From Acidobacteriota bacterium (GTDB taxonomy: Bacteria > Acidobacteriota > Aminicenantia > Aminicenantales > Saccharicenantaceae): 64,000 nt of DNA. The translations under genes and the position numbers were made by a program. The DNA lies in NCBI GenBank assembly GCA_028749205.1, contig JAQULR010000002.1, forward strand, positions 59,644 through 123,643, written 5' to 3'. This document shows, piece after piece, positions 38,972 through 48,539 of the stretch. Under the pieces are notes generated by a model. It saw only the letters and a list, made by a program, of their open reading frames with translations, was not told where the DNA came from and made no database searches. How positions within the stretch are numbered: position 1 is the stretch's first letter; every line of letters begins with the position of its first letter.

Positions 38972-40756
38972 ATGAACCTAACCTCGCTTGACTTGATCAT
39001 AATAGTAGTTTCCATAGGTATCTGTTTTTTGCCTCCACTTATCCTCAGCCGCCGGGCCGGCAAGAACACGGCAGAATTTTTTACTTCTGGCCGAGCAGCC
39101 CCCTGGTGGTTGATTGGCATCTCGATGGTTGCCACCACCTTCAGCACCGACACCCCAAACCTGGTTACCAATATTGTTCGGAATGATGGGGTCGCTGGCA
39201 ATTGGGTCTGGTGGGCTTTTCTGCTGACCGGAATGATGACAGTATTTTTTTACGCCCGATTATGGAGAAGGTCCCAGGTCCTGACTGACCTGGAATTCTA
39301 TGAGCTTAGATATTCTGGTAAACCAGCTTCATTTGTCCGCGGTTTTAGAGCTATTTATTTGGGTCTCTTATTCAACTGTGTGATTATGGCTTCAGTCAAT
39401 CTAGCCGCAGCCAAGATAGCCAATGTCATCCTGGGCTGGCCTATGGCCAAAACCCTGATTTTCTGCGGTATCATTAACGTAACTTTTGCCGCTCTGGCCG
39501 GGCTCTGGGGAGTCTTAGTAGTTGATTTGATTCAGTTCGGCATAGCCATGACCGGGGCGATTTCGGCAGCCGTTTTCGCTCTTAAGCAGCCAGAAATAGG
39601 CGGTCTTTCAGGTTTATTCCAGAAACTCGATGCCCAGTCCATAAGCCTGTTGCCTGATTTTGGAAACTGGACGATTGCCCTATCAATATTCATCATACCA
39701 ATAGCCATCCAGTGGTGGTCTGTTTGGTATCCTGGAGCTGAACCCGGAGGAGGCAGCTACATTGCTCAGAGGATGCTGGCCGCCAAAAGTGAAAAGGACG
39801 CTTTGTCTGGGACTCTGTTTTTTAACTTCGCTCATTATGCTCTGAGACCCTGGCCCTGGATTTTGGTCGCCCTGTGTTCTTTCATCATTTACCCTGAACT
39901 TATAGACATTCAGAAAGCTTTTCCCGCAGTTGACCCCAAACTAATTGGGAATGATATGGCTTATCCGGCGATGCTCAGATTTCTGCCGCCAGGTTTTCTG
40001 GGAATCATGGTAGCCGGGATGCTGGCAGCTTATGTCTCCACCCTGGTGACTCATCTGAACTGGGGTAGTTCTTATCTGGTCCATGATTTTTACCGCCGTT
40101 TCATCAAAAAGGGAGCTGATGAAAAACATTACGTAACTGCCGGTAGAGTGATGACCGTCATTCTGATGATTCTAGCTTGCTTGCTAACTTTTATTCTGGA
40201 ATCAGCTAAAGCCAGTTTTGACCTGATGCTATCCATAGGAGCTGGAACCGGGCTGATTTATCTGCTACGCTGGTTTTGGTGGCGAATAAATGCCTGGTCA
40301 GAGATAGCCGCCATGGCCAGTTCTTTTTCAGTTGCAGTATATTTCTTTATCAAAGGGAAGTTGGGTAATCCTGTTCCCCAGCATATCTCGTTATTGGTGA
40401 CTATTGCCTTTACCACAGTTATTTGGCTGGCTGTTACCTATTTGACCAAACCGGTTAAAAAAGAAAAATTGATTTCTTTCTATAAGTTAGTCAAGCCGGC
40501 CGGCCCCGGCTGGAAAAAGATCCGAGCTGAATCAGGGTTGGATAGCTCTCCTGATAGCCTGACGTTGTCTTTTACTGGCTGGATTACTGGCTGCCTGTTC
40601 GTTTATTCAGCCCTGTTCGGTACAGGAGCTTACATCTATGGCCATATTTCTCTGGCTATTTTCTGGACAGGCCTTTTTGTCATCTCAACCTTTTTCCTGA
40701 TAAGAATAATCAAGAAAATTTGGGCAGAGGCTTCGAGTAAAACCTCAAATAACTAA
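38972..40756 (+). CDS. Sodium:solute symporter (SSS family)
   Basis: FFTSGRAAPWW, SMVATTFSTDTP, YIAQRMLAAK, LAAYVST; multi-TM. Confidence 0.9.
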   Translation: MNLTSLDLIIIVVSIGICFLPPLILSRRAGKNTAEFFTSGRAAPWWLIGISMVATTFSTDTPNLVTNIVRNDGVAGNWVWWAFLLTGMMTVFFYARLWRRSQVLTDLEFYELRYSGKPASFVRGFRAIYLGLLFNCVIMASVNLAAAKIANVILGWPMAKTLIFCGIINVTFAALAGLWGVLVVDLIQFGIAMTGAISAAVFALKQPEIGGLSGLFQKLDAQSISLLPDFGNWTIALSIFIIPIAIQWWSVWYPGAEPGGGSYIAQRMLAAKSEKDALSGTLFFNFAHYALRPWPWILVALCSFIIYPELIDIQKAFPAVDPKLIGNDMAYPAMLRFLPPGFLGIMVAGMLAAYVSTLVTHLNWGSSYLVHDFYRRFIKKGADEKHYVTAGRVMTVILMILACLLTFILESAKASFDLMLSIGAGTGLIYLLRWFWWRINAWSEIAAMASSFSVAVYFFIKGKLGNPVPQHISLLVTIAFTTVIWLAVTYLTKPVKKEKLISFYKLVKPAGPGWKKIRAESGLDSSPDSLTLSFTGWITGCLFVYSALFGTGAYIYGHISLAIFWTGLFVISTFFLIRIIKKIWAEASSKTSNN

Positions 40757-40758
40757 AG

Positions 40759-42273
40759 ATGGAAGCTAAACTTTACGCCTTAGGTCTTGACTCTGGCACC
40801 CAGGGAACTAAGGTCTTGGTGGTAGAGATAGAATCAGGAAAGGTTGAAGCCAGAAGCTATAGTCCTCATAAAATGATTTCCGGGCTCCAGCCGGGTGAAT
40901 CAGAACAGCATCCCCGAGACTGGATTGAAGCTGCAGACAGGGCAATAGATGAAGCCGTAAAGACAGCTGGAATAAAGCCAGAAGCTGTAGTCTGCCTGGG
41001 AATTTCTGCTCAGCAGCACGGATTTGTACCCTTAGATAAAGAGTTCCAACCAATACGACCAGCCAAACTCTGGAATGACACCTCCACCATTGAAGAAACA
41101 GAAGAAATAATCAGAGCTCTGGGGGGAAAAGAGGCCTTTATAGAAAAACTGGGGATTAATCTGGCAGTGGGTTATACCGCTTCAAAAATCCTTTGGTTAA
41201 AAAAGCATGAACCGGAAAATTATAACCGACTCTATCTGGTTCTTTTGCCTCATAATTATTTAAATCTTTATTTAACTGGCCAAGCCCAAATGGAATATGG
41301 AGATGCTTCTGGAACTGGTCTAATGGACATTAGAAAACGATGCTGGCATCAAGAAGCTCTTAAAACTATCGACCCCAGTTTAAAGGAAAAACTACCCCCA
41401 ATAAGTCATCCGGCTGAACCAGTGGGATATATAAGGGATAAGATTGCTCAAAAATTCGGCTTCGGCCGAGTTCTGGTCTCAGCTGGCGGTGGTGACAACA
41501 TGATGGCCGCCATTGGGACCGGTAATGTTGTGACAGGAATCGGAACTGTAAGTCTGGGAACTTCAGGAACAGTCTTTTTTTATTCGCCAGAGGCTTTGAT
41601 TGATCCCGAGGGAGAAATTGCTGCCTTTTGTGATAGCACCGGAGGCTGGCTTCCCCTGCTTTGTACTATGAATGTCACCAACGTCACCGAACTTTTCAAA
41701 AAATTGCTCAACCTGAGTAATGAAGAACTGGAAAAGCTAATAAAAGATTCTGAACCAGGAGCAGCGGGATTAATTTTTTTGCCTTTTATAGATGGGGAGA
41801 GAGTCCCAACTCTCCCCAAAGCTTCAGCTGTTTTATTTGGCTTAAACCGCCTTAATTTTAACCGCACTAACCTCGCCAGAGCCATAGTCGAGGGGACAAT
41901 TTTAAATCTGGGATACGGCTTATCCAGGATGAAATCTTTAGGCCTTAGAGCCGAAGAATTCCGGGCCACTGGTGGTGGAGCTCGAAGTCAGGCCTGGCTG
42001 CAGATAGTGGCTGATATCTTTGTCAGTCCGGTAGTTACCGTGAAAGAACCAGAATCAGCAGCTTATGGGGCTGCTCTTCAAGCGATCTGGTGTTACCTGA
42101 AGGAGAAAAGAGCCAGAATAGGTTTGGACGAATTAACTAAAAAACTTGTCAAGAAAGAGGCTCCAACTATTATTCCAAATTATAAAAATTCAGATCTTTA
42201 TCAGGAACTTCAGAGCAGGTTCAATTCTCTATGGCAGAGCCTTTTTCAGAATTCGAGGGATTCCGCTAATTAA
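40759..42273 (+). CDS. xylB: Xylulokinase (FGGY family)
   Basis: GLDSGTQGTK, SAQQHG, AKLWND, DASGT, GGGDNM, SLGTSG, GERVP, TGGGARS. Confidence 0.85.
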   Translation: MEAKLYALGLDSGTQGTKVLVVEIESGKVEARSYSPHKMISGLQPGESEQHPRDWIEAADRAIDEAVKTAGIKPEAVVCLGISAQQHGFVPLDKEFQPIRPAKLWNDTSTIEETEEIIRALGGKEAFIEKLGINLAVGYTASKILWLKKHEPENYNRLYLVLLPHNYLNLYLTGQAQMEYGDASGTGLMDIRKRCWHQEALKTIDPSLKEKLPPISHPAEPVGYIRDKIAQKFGFGRVLVSAGGGDNMMAAIGTGNVVTGIGTVSLGTSGTVFFYSPEALIDPEGEIAAFCDSTGGWLPLLCTMNVTNVTELFKKLLNLSNEELEKLIKDSEPGAAGLIFLPFIDGERVPTLPKASAVLFGLNRLNFNRTNLARAIVEGTILNLGYGLSRMKSLGLRAEEFRATGGGARSQAWLQIVADIFVSPVVTVKEPESAAYGAALQAIWCYLKEKRARIGLDELTKKLVKKEAPTIIPNYKNSDLYQELQSRFNSLWQSLFQNSRDSAN

Positions 42274-42343
42274 GCCGCTTTACTCACTTCTAGACAGATC
42301 TTTTTAGGCAGAGGCTGGCCGGTTAGGCCCAGGCTTTAAGTCT

Positions 42344-43906
42344 TTAATGCTTGTGTAAGTCTTTGTGCATTATTTTCCGAAGCAAGACTTTTTGATCTTC
42401 AGAAGACAATGAGGATAATTGCTGACTCAAATTATCATCCTCCTCTGCTTCCAGCATCCTAATCACATACTCAATTATACTGGATGGAAAGACCAGCTCC
42501 CGTTCATAAAGATCTCTTTTTTCCCTAAGAATTTGAGCCGAGGCCTGACAGCTTCCCGGCAGTTGTCTTAGGCTTTCCAGCAATTTTTTATCTCGGAAGA
42601 TATTTCCACTAACGTATAGTTTATTGGCCAGTTCCAGGGCCTCTTTTCCCCAGAGATCAGCGGTCTCAGGGTTAAGGCCCCAATCGGCAGCCATAGTCAA
42701 ACCAGCCAGGAAAAGGTGAATTAGAGCGTTTCCATCAGCTGTTCTCAACTCGACAGTTTGCCGACTTTCAGGAAGGGAAAAAGGCTCTGTTTCCTCCGGG
42801 TTAACTATAGTTGATAGATTACAGACCTTAGTCCAGCCCAAAGGAACTCTGATCATGGCACTGCGGTTTAGGTCACTCCAGCATATCCTGGTTGGAGCTT
42901 CTTGATTAGGGACAAGCCTTAAATATGAGGAAGCTACAGTGTTACCAAAGGCTGTAAGAGAATCAGAGTAATGGCAGAGGCCGCCTATGAGTTGCCGAGC
43001 TTCCCGGCTTAAGCTGCCATCCGACCCGGTCATGATGTTGTGATTTTTACGCCTTAGTTCCAGATGAAAATGAAGACCGTTTCCAGCAATCCCTTCTTCA
43101 ATTTTAGGAGTAAAGGTGACCACCATGCCATGCCTAAAAGCAACATTCCTTATTATCCATTTAGCCAGTATCAGATGGTTGCCGCAATCTTCAACTATTT
43201 CTGGCAGGAACTCTATCTCCATCTGTTCTGCTTTCTTGCCCTTGATTTCTGCTATCTCACTTTCAATTTTATCCAGATAACCAACTTCACTATGAGCATA
43301 CTTTACCGCTCCGCATATCTGGGCTATTAATCTGACCATTTCATCTAAAACATAGCCAGTTTTGAAAAAAGGTGATGAGGAATGATAACCTCGTTGTTTC
43401 TGAGCAGGATAGATGTCCGGCAGGTCACTACATAGATAGAATTCCAGCTCACCCAGAGCTCGTAGTTCCATTCCGGTATGCTTTTTAAACGTTTGATGAG
43501 CCCGAATCAAAATATTATCCACCGCAAAGCGAATTGGCACCCCTTCGTTGTCCAGAAACCGGCAGATAAAATCCAGGCTTTTGTCATCAAACGGATTTAA
43601 GAAGGCCGAACTAAAAGCCGGAACCACATACAGATCTGATAACCCAGCATCTACCAGTCCTTTGTAGAGGGAAGAGCCATCTACTCTCTCCCCTTCAGCC
43701 AAGATGGTTTCAGCTTGAACGGCATCAGTTACCGGTATTTTTAACTCTTTGAGTTTACTATCAAGACCAACATAGTGAAAGGTAATCTTATCCAGTTCTC
43801 TTTCCTCAATTATTTTCAAGAAATCCTGTCTCCTAAAATCTTGGGGTTCTTTATCCAGCAGAGCAGAAACTGGATTACTTAGAGAAAAAACTTTTTTTAA
43901 GACCAT
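42344..43906 (-). CDS. glnA: Glutamine synthetase family protein (520 aa)
   Basis: DGSS, GELEFY, HSEVG, GNGLHFH, SYLRLVPNQEAP, NRSAMIRVP, VELR. Confidence 0.85.
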   Translation of the reverse strand: MVLKKVFSLSNPVSALLDKEPQDFRRQDFLKIIEERELDKITFHYVGLDSKLKELKIPVTDAVQAETILAEGERVDGSSLYKGLVDAGLSDLYVVPAFSSAFLNPFDDKSLDFICRFLDNEGVPIRFAVDNILIRAHQTFKKHTGMELRALGELEFYLCSDLPDIYPAQKQRGYHSSSPFFKTGYVLDEMVRLIAQICGAVKYAHSEVGYLDKIESEIAEIKGKKAEQMEIEFLPEIVEDCGNHLILAKWIIRNVAFRHGMVVTFTPKIEEGIAGNGLHFHLELRRKNHNIMTGSDGSLSREARQLIGGLCHYSDSLTAFGNTVASSYLRLVPNQEAPTRICWSDLNRSAMIRVPLGWTKVCNLSTIVNPEETEPFSLPESRQTVELRTADGNALIHLFLAGLTMAADWGLNPETADLWGKEALELANKLYVSGNIFRDKKLLESLRQLPGSCQASAQILREKRDLYERELVFPSSIIEYVIRMLEAEEDDNLSQQLSSLSSEDQKVLLRKIMHKDLHKH

Positions 43907-43951
43907 GATAACCTATCCTTTTAAATTTAATTATTTTTCTAAGTTTTATTA

Positions 43952-43995
43952 TCCCGAATTAATCACCAATAATCCAGTTAAACCTGCTTTATTCC
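43952..43995 (+). repeat. Dispersed element copy K (head + linker) upstream of glnA
   Basis: tcccgaattaa-tcacca-ataatccagtt-aaacctgctttattcc. Confidence 0.82.
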
Positions 43996-44113
43996 TCTTC
44001 ACCATAAAGAAATCAGGGACAAGAACCGATTATATAAAATCATCTCAGACTCCATATTTTTTTAACGATGATGGAAAATATCATGACCGGTTTAGTTTTA
44101 TTTATAATTGAGT

Positions 44114-45463
44114 TTAATATAAAAGAAAAGGCTTCCGAAGTTTTTCGAATTCTTTAAGACCTGATTCAAGGCTTTTAACAATCTCTTCCGGGGAAAGACC
44201 AGACTGGAGGGCCTGTCTGATTTCAGAATTACCCATAATTTTGTCGAAATATTCAGGATGAAAATTAAAGTCATCCGGATACCTATCCAAAACTGTTCTA
44301 ATTATCCAGAGGGTAGTTAAAAAAGGAGCAAAAGAATCTCGGTCGGTTATATGCAGCTGGCAGCCGCCACACAACTGACCCTGAAATTTGGAAAAGCTTG
44401 GCGTAAACCAGGCTTCTCGGAAGATGACACCGGGCAAGCCAAGCTGGTTGAGTTTCTCAGAGAGCTCATGGCCATCTATCCAGGGAGCGCCAAAAAGTTC
44501 AAAAGGCCTGGTAGTTCCTCGGCCTTCTGAGATATTAGTTCCTTCAAGATAGACCTGCCCGGGATAAACTGTGGCTGTCTCCAGAGTTGGCATATTCGGT
44601 GAAGGCATCACCCAGGGCAATCCTGTCTGGTCAAACCACATCTCTCTCTTCCATCCTTCTACTGGGATGACCGTTAAACCAACCTTTTTTCCCAAAAACC
44701 TATCGTTAAATAAATTGGCCAGCTCGCCAGCCGTCATTCCATGCCGAAGTGGGATAGGATAAAGGCCAACAAAAGAGCTGAAGTCTGGATATTTCAGTAT
44801 GGCTCCTTCTAAAAATAGCCCGTTAATTGGATTAGGCCGGTCCAGCACTATGAAATCAATCCCCAGCTCAGCACAGGCTTCCATGGCGTAAGCCATGGTG
44901 GCGATATAAGTATAAACCCTGGTTCCCACATCTTGAATATCAAAAATCATCACCTCAATTTCTTCTATCATATTCTTTTCTGGAACCTTACCAGTTATCT
45001 GGGTATCAAAAGATCTCATGTAGTCATCAATATTCTTCAACATTCCTGGGTGTGGTCTTAAGGACTGTCCATAAAGGCTGAAAACTGGAAGCTGATATTT
45101 ATCATCAAAATAGAAAGGCACATATTCTCCAGCCTGAGCATTTCCTCTAATCCCGTGTTCAGGTCCATAGAGAGCCACTAGATCGACTTCAGGGGTAACC
45201 TGAAGCAGGCTGGTGGTTGATTTCAATTGTGAATCAACTCCTGAAGGATTGGTAATTAAGCCAACCCTCTTGCCACCGACCAAGTCCAGGTGTTTTTCTA
45301 TAAATACTTCTACGCCTGGTCTTACCTCGGCCTCTCTGGAGACTGGTGATTCCTCCAGCTTTCCTTTTTGGCAGGAGGTCAGAAAAAAACATCCTAAAAT
45401 TATTCCCAGCAAAACTATAAATACCCGCAAGAAAGTTTTTCTCAAAGATAAATCACCAGGCAT
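44114..45463 (-). CDS. namZ: Exo-beta-N-acetylmuramidase NamZ-like (DUF1343) lipoprotein
   Basis: RVGLITNPSG, YGPEHGIRG, FDIQDVGTRVYTY, LDRPNP, PSPNMP, SEGRGTTRPFE; lipobox-like LTSC. Confidence 0.88.
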   Translation of the reverse strand: MPGDLSLRKTFLRVFIVLLGIILGCFFLTSCQKGKLEESPVSREAEVRPGVEVFIEKHLDLVGGKRVGLITNPSGVDSQLKSTTSLLQVTPEVDLVALYGPEHGIRGNAQAGEYVPFYFDDKYQLPVFSLYGQSLRPHPGMLKNIDDYMRSFDTQITGKVPEKNMIEEIEVMIFDIQDVGTRVYTYIATMAYAMEACAELGIDFIVLDRPNPINGLFLEGAILKYPDFSSFVGLYPIPLRHGMTAGELANLFNDRFLGKKVGLTVIPVEGWKREMWFDQTGLPWVMPSPNMPTLETATVYPGQVYLEGTNISEGRGTTRPFELFGAPWIDGHELSEKLNQLGLPGVIFREAWFTPSFSKFQGQLCGGCQLHITDRDSFAPFLTTLWIIRTVLDRYPDDFNFHPEYFDKIMGNSEIRQALQSGLSPEEIVKSLESGLKEFEKLRKPFLLY

Positions 45464-45495
45464 TCGATCCTCCCTCTAATTAACCGGTAATATTA

Positions 45496-45517
45496 GCCTG
45501 GGATTATTTATATAATC
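45496..45517 (+). repeat. Dispersed element copy L (shortened head)
   Basis: gcctgggattatttatataatc. Confidence 0.5.
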
Positions 45518-45686
45518 AATGATATCTAAAGGCAAGAGAAAGATGTTGTTTTAGAATAGATTACCAATTTCCATCTAATATATTACCTAGATAGCTATTA
45601 TCCTTCTTTTACCATGGCTTGATATTCAGGGCGGGCTAATAATAAAATCATAATTGACCTCAATAAAATAGGAAGAGAGGTGCTCT

Positions 45687-48362
45687 ATGTTAGCAGAAAG
45701 ATATTTTGGGAAAAAATTCATATTTCTATTAATAAGTCTCATCAGTATAATTCTGCTGGCCTCAAGCTGCAGCCGCCGAGAGCACTTTCTTAATGATAAG
45801 GCCTATCGACGCCTGGTCCATAACCAGTACCTGAATAGAGCTAGAGCGGCCAGTGGCCGTGACCAAGAACTTTTTTCAGTCATGAAAAAACCTTTAAGTC
45901 TTGAAGAAAAAGAAGCTCTGGAGTTTCTATATGCCTTTATGCCTCTCAGTGACTTGGCCAATCTGGACGGTGAATATTATCTGGAACAGGTCAGAATAGC
46001 TCTGGAGGCCAGGAGATATTTCAGCTGGGGGGAGAAAATTCCCGAAGTTATCTTTCGTCATTTCGTTTTGCCCTATAGGGTTAATAATGAAAACCCTGAC
46101 CGGGCTCGGAGGATTTTTTTCGATGAGCTGAAAAACCGGATAAAAGGGCTCGATATGTATCAGGCTGCTCTGGAGGTTAACCACTGGTGCCATGAAAAGG
46201 TAACCTACCAACCCACCGATGAAAGAACCTCTGCCCCGCTGGCTACAGTTAAAACCGCCTATGGCCGGTGTGGAGAAGAATCAACATTTACAGTCGCGGC
46301 TCTCAGAGCAGTCAGCATCCCAGCCCGCCAGGTATATACACCCCGCTGGGCCCATATCGATGATAATCATGCCTGGGTTGAAGTCTGGGTTGATGGCCGC
46401 TGGTACTATCTTGGAGCCTGTGAACCTGAGCCTGAATTAAATATGGGCTGGTTTACCGGGCCAGCTAAGAGAGCTATGATGGTAGATACTACAGTCTACG
46501 GTCAATATAGTGGTCTGGAAGAAACACTTCAGAAGACAGACCTCTATACCAGAATTAATCAGCTCCCAATTTACGCCCCAACAACTACTCTGAAGGTAGA
46601 GGTTAGAGGTACCAACGGCCTCCCGGTTGCCGGAGCTAATGTAGATTTTTGCCTTTATAATTATGCAGAGTTTTATCCTATAGCTACTAAAACTACAGAC
46701 CAAGAAGGACAGACTTCTTTAGTTACTGGTCTGGGAGACATGATTGTTCAAGCCTATAAAGATCACCTGTTCACCTGGGCTAAAGTGACAGCTGGAACCA
46801 CAGAAACATTGAGGTTGACCCTGGCTGAACCTGATTTTTCGCCAAAAGAAATTGACCTCGATATCATACCTCCAGTCGTCCGAAGTGTTGAGTCTCCGGA
46901 TCCGGCCAAAGTTGAAGAAAATAACCGCCGCTTGCGTCTTGAAGACACCATTCGTCAGGCCTATGAGGCTTCTTTTATAAACCGGGATATAGCCCGAATC
47001 TTTTTTAGGGAAAAAGGCTTGCCTGAACAGCCAACCTGGGATTACTTGGAAACCAGTCGCGGCAACTGGCCAGAAATTTTAGATTATCTTTCTGCCTTGA
47101 AACCGGAAGAATTCAAAACCGGGCTTGGTCTGCTTGGTGTGGTCACTGAAAAAGATTTGCGGGATACCCGGGCCGAAATTTTTCTCGATCATCTCCGCCA
47201 GACACCTGAAAGGCCTAAAGATATGGACGAAAATATCTTTTGGAATTATGTCCTTTCTCCCAGAATAGGTCGAGAGCTTCTCAGTTCCTGGCGAGGTTAT
47301 TTAAGAGACAAATTTACCGAGGGTGAGATTTCTGAATTCAAAAGTCAACCCGAGAGTATTGCTGACTGGATAAAAGCCAACCTGAAGCTGGATACCAGCA
47401 ATTATTATCACGTTCCTTTATTGCCTCAGGGAGCTATGCAATTGGGCCGAGCTGATATCTACTCAATGAAGATTCTATTTGTGGCCATAGCCCGGACCCT
47501 GGGCATCCCTGCCAAAATTAACCCCGTTACGCAAAGACCGTGCTATTTTGACGGAGACGAATGGCCAGAAGTAATTTTTGAGACTGAAGATGGAATAACT
47601 GAAGTCCCGAAAAAATCCTGGCTAAAGATTTTTTATCATCCTCTGGAAGATCTTAAGCAACCTATTTATTCCAATCATTTTACATTAGCCAGGTTTACTC
47701 AGGGTAAATACCGAACTCTTGGATATGGTCACACGCCCTCTCTCAAATCATTCCCTGCTGAGCTTCAGGTTGATTCAGGTCATTATCTACTGGTAACTGG
47801 AAACCGCCAGCCCGATGGAAGCGTCCTGGCAAAGCTGAAATTTTTCGAGGTTCTGGCTGAACAGTCTGCAGAAATTCAGTTAACTTTAAGAACCAGTTTT
47901 CAGGAGCCAGCTGTCTCAGGCCAATTTACTACCGAAGCAGTCGTCTATGATCTCGACAGAGAAACTGGCCTTAACCTAACTGCTCTGACAGCTAACAGAA
48001 GTTTTATAATAGTTTTGATAGACCCAGATAAAGAGCCCACCAAACATCTGATGGAAGAAATTCAGGCCTTAGGAGACCAATTTTCTAAGTGGCCAGGTCT
48101 GGTCATAATTGCTGTGGCTAGAGACAGAATTCCTGAAGGCTTCAATCAGGACCTTTACCCAAAGCTACCTTCTTCCTCCAGGCTGGTTTATGATTCTGAT
48201 GCCGGACTTTACCAGTCGCTCACTCAAGCTCTGAAAAAGAAACAGCTTAGCTTGCCAGTGGTCATTTCTTGCCGTTCCAATGGTGATATTATTTTTTATT
48301 CTGAGGGATATCACCTTGGAACAGGAGAACAACTAGTCAAAACTCTCTTATGGCTGAACTAG
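45687..48362 (+). CDS. Transglutaminase-like domain lipoprotein
   Basis: Lipobox LASSC; GRCGEES and NHAWVEV catalytic motifs; second degenerate TG-like repeat (ARTLGIPAK). Confidence 0.85.
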   Translation: MLAERYFGKKFIFLLISLISIILLASSCSRREHFLNDKAYRRLVHNQYLNRARAASGRDQELFSVMKKPLSLEEKEALEFLYAFMPLSDLANLDGEYYLEQVRIALEARRYFSWGEKIPEVIFRHFVLPYRVNNENPDRARRIFFDELKNRIKGLDMYQAALEVNHWCHEKVTYQPTDERTSAPLATVKTAYGRCGEESTFTVAALRAVSIPARQVYTPRWAHIDDNHAWVEVWVDGRWYYLGACEPEPELNMGWFTGPAKRAMMVDTTVYGQYSGLEETLQKTDLYTRINQLPIYAPTTTLKVEVRGTNGLPVAGANVDFCLYNYAEFYPIATKTTDQEGQTSLVTGLGDMIVQAYKDHLFTWAKVTAGTTETLRLTLAEPDFSPKEIDLDIIPPVVRSVESPDPAKVEENNRRLRLEDTIRQAYEASFINRDIARIFFREKGLPEQPTWDYLETSRGNWPEILDYLSALKPEEFKTGLGLLGVVTEKDLRDTRAEIFLDHLRQTPERPKDMDENIFWNYVLSPRIGRELLSSWRGYLRDKFTEGEISEFKSQPESIADWIKANLKLDTSNYYHVPLLPQGAMQLGRADIYSMKILFVAIARTLGIPAKINPVTQRPCYFDGDEWPEVIFETEDGITEVPKKSWLKIFYHPLEDLKQPIYSNHFTLARFTQGKYRTLGYGHTPSLKSFPAELQVDSGHYLLVTGNRQPDGSVLAKLKFFEVLAEQSAEIQLTLRTSFQEPAVSGQFTTEAVVYDLDRETGLNLTALTANRSFIIVLIDPDKEPTKHLMEEIQALGDQFSKWPGLVIIAVARDRIPEGFNQDLYPKLPSSSRLVYDSDAGLYQSLTQALKKKQLSLPVVISCRSNGDIIFYSEGYHLGTGEQLVKTLLWLN

Positions 48363-48380
48363 GTTCCAGAAGCTGAAATA

Positions 48381-48448
48381 AGAACAATTTATCAGATTGG
48401 CCATCAGGCAGTTTGACCTGGATTATTTATGAGTATGAGTAATCTAGA
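48381..48448 (-). repeat. Dispersed element copy M with a 6-bp duplication in the spacer
   Basis: Reverse complement tctagattactcatactcataaataatccag-24 nt-gataaattgttct. Confidence 0.8.
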
Positions 48449-48539
48449 TTTAAAAAATACAGGCTGTGGCTGGCAGTGGAATAGCCAGGATTATATAATA
48501 TTTATGAAGTAGAAAAACTTAAAATCTGTTAATAGACCA

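Noticed and set aside
36252..44111. Short ORFs 36252-36443 and 43905-44111 sharing a YYPELxxNNP peptide
   Set aside because: The shared peptide is the translation of repeat copies J and K; the frame is not kept open across other copies and no RBS is evident.
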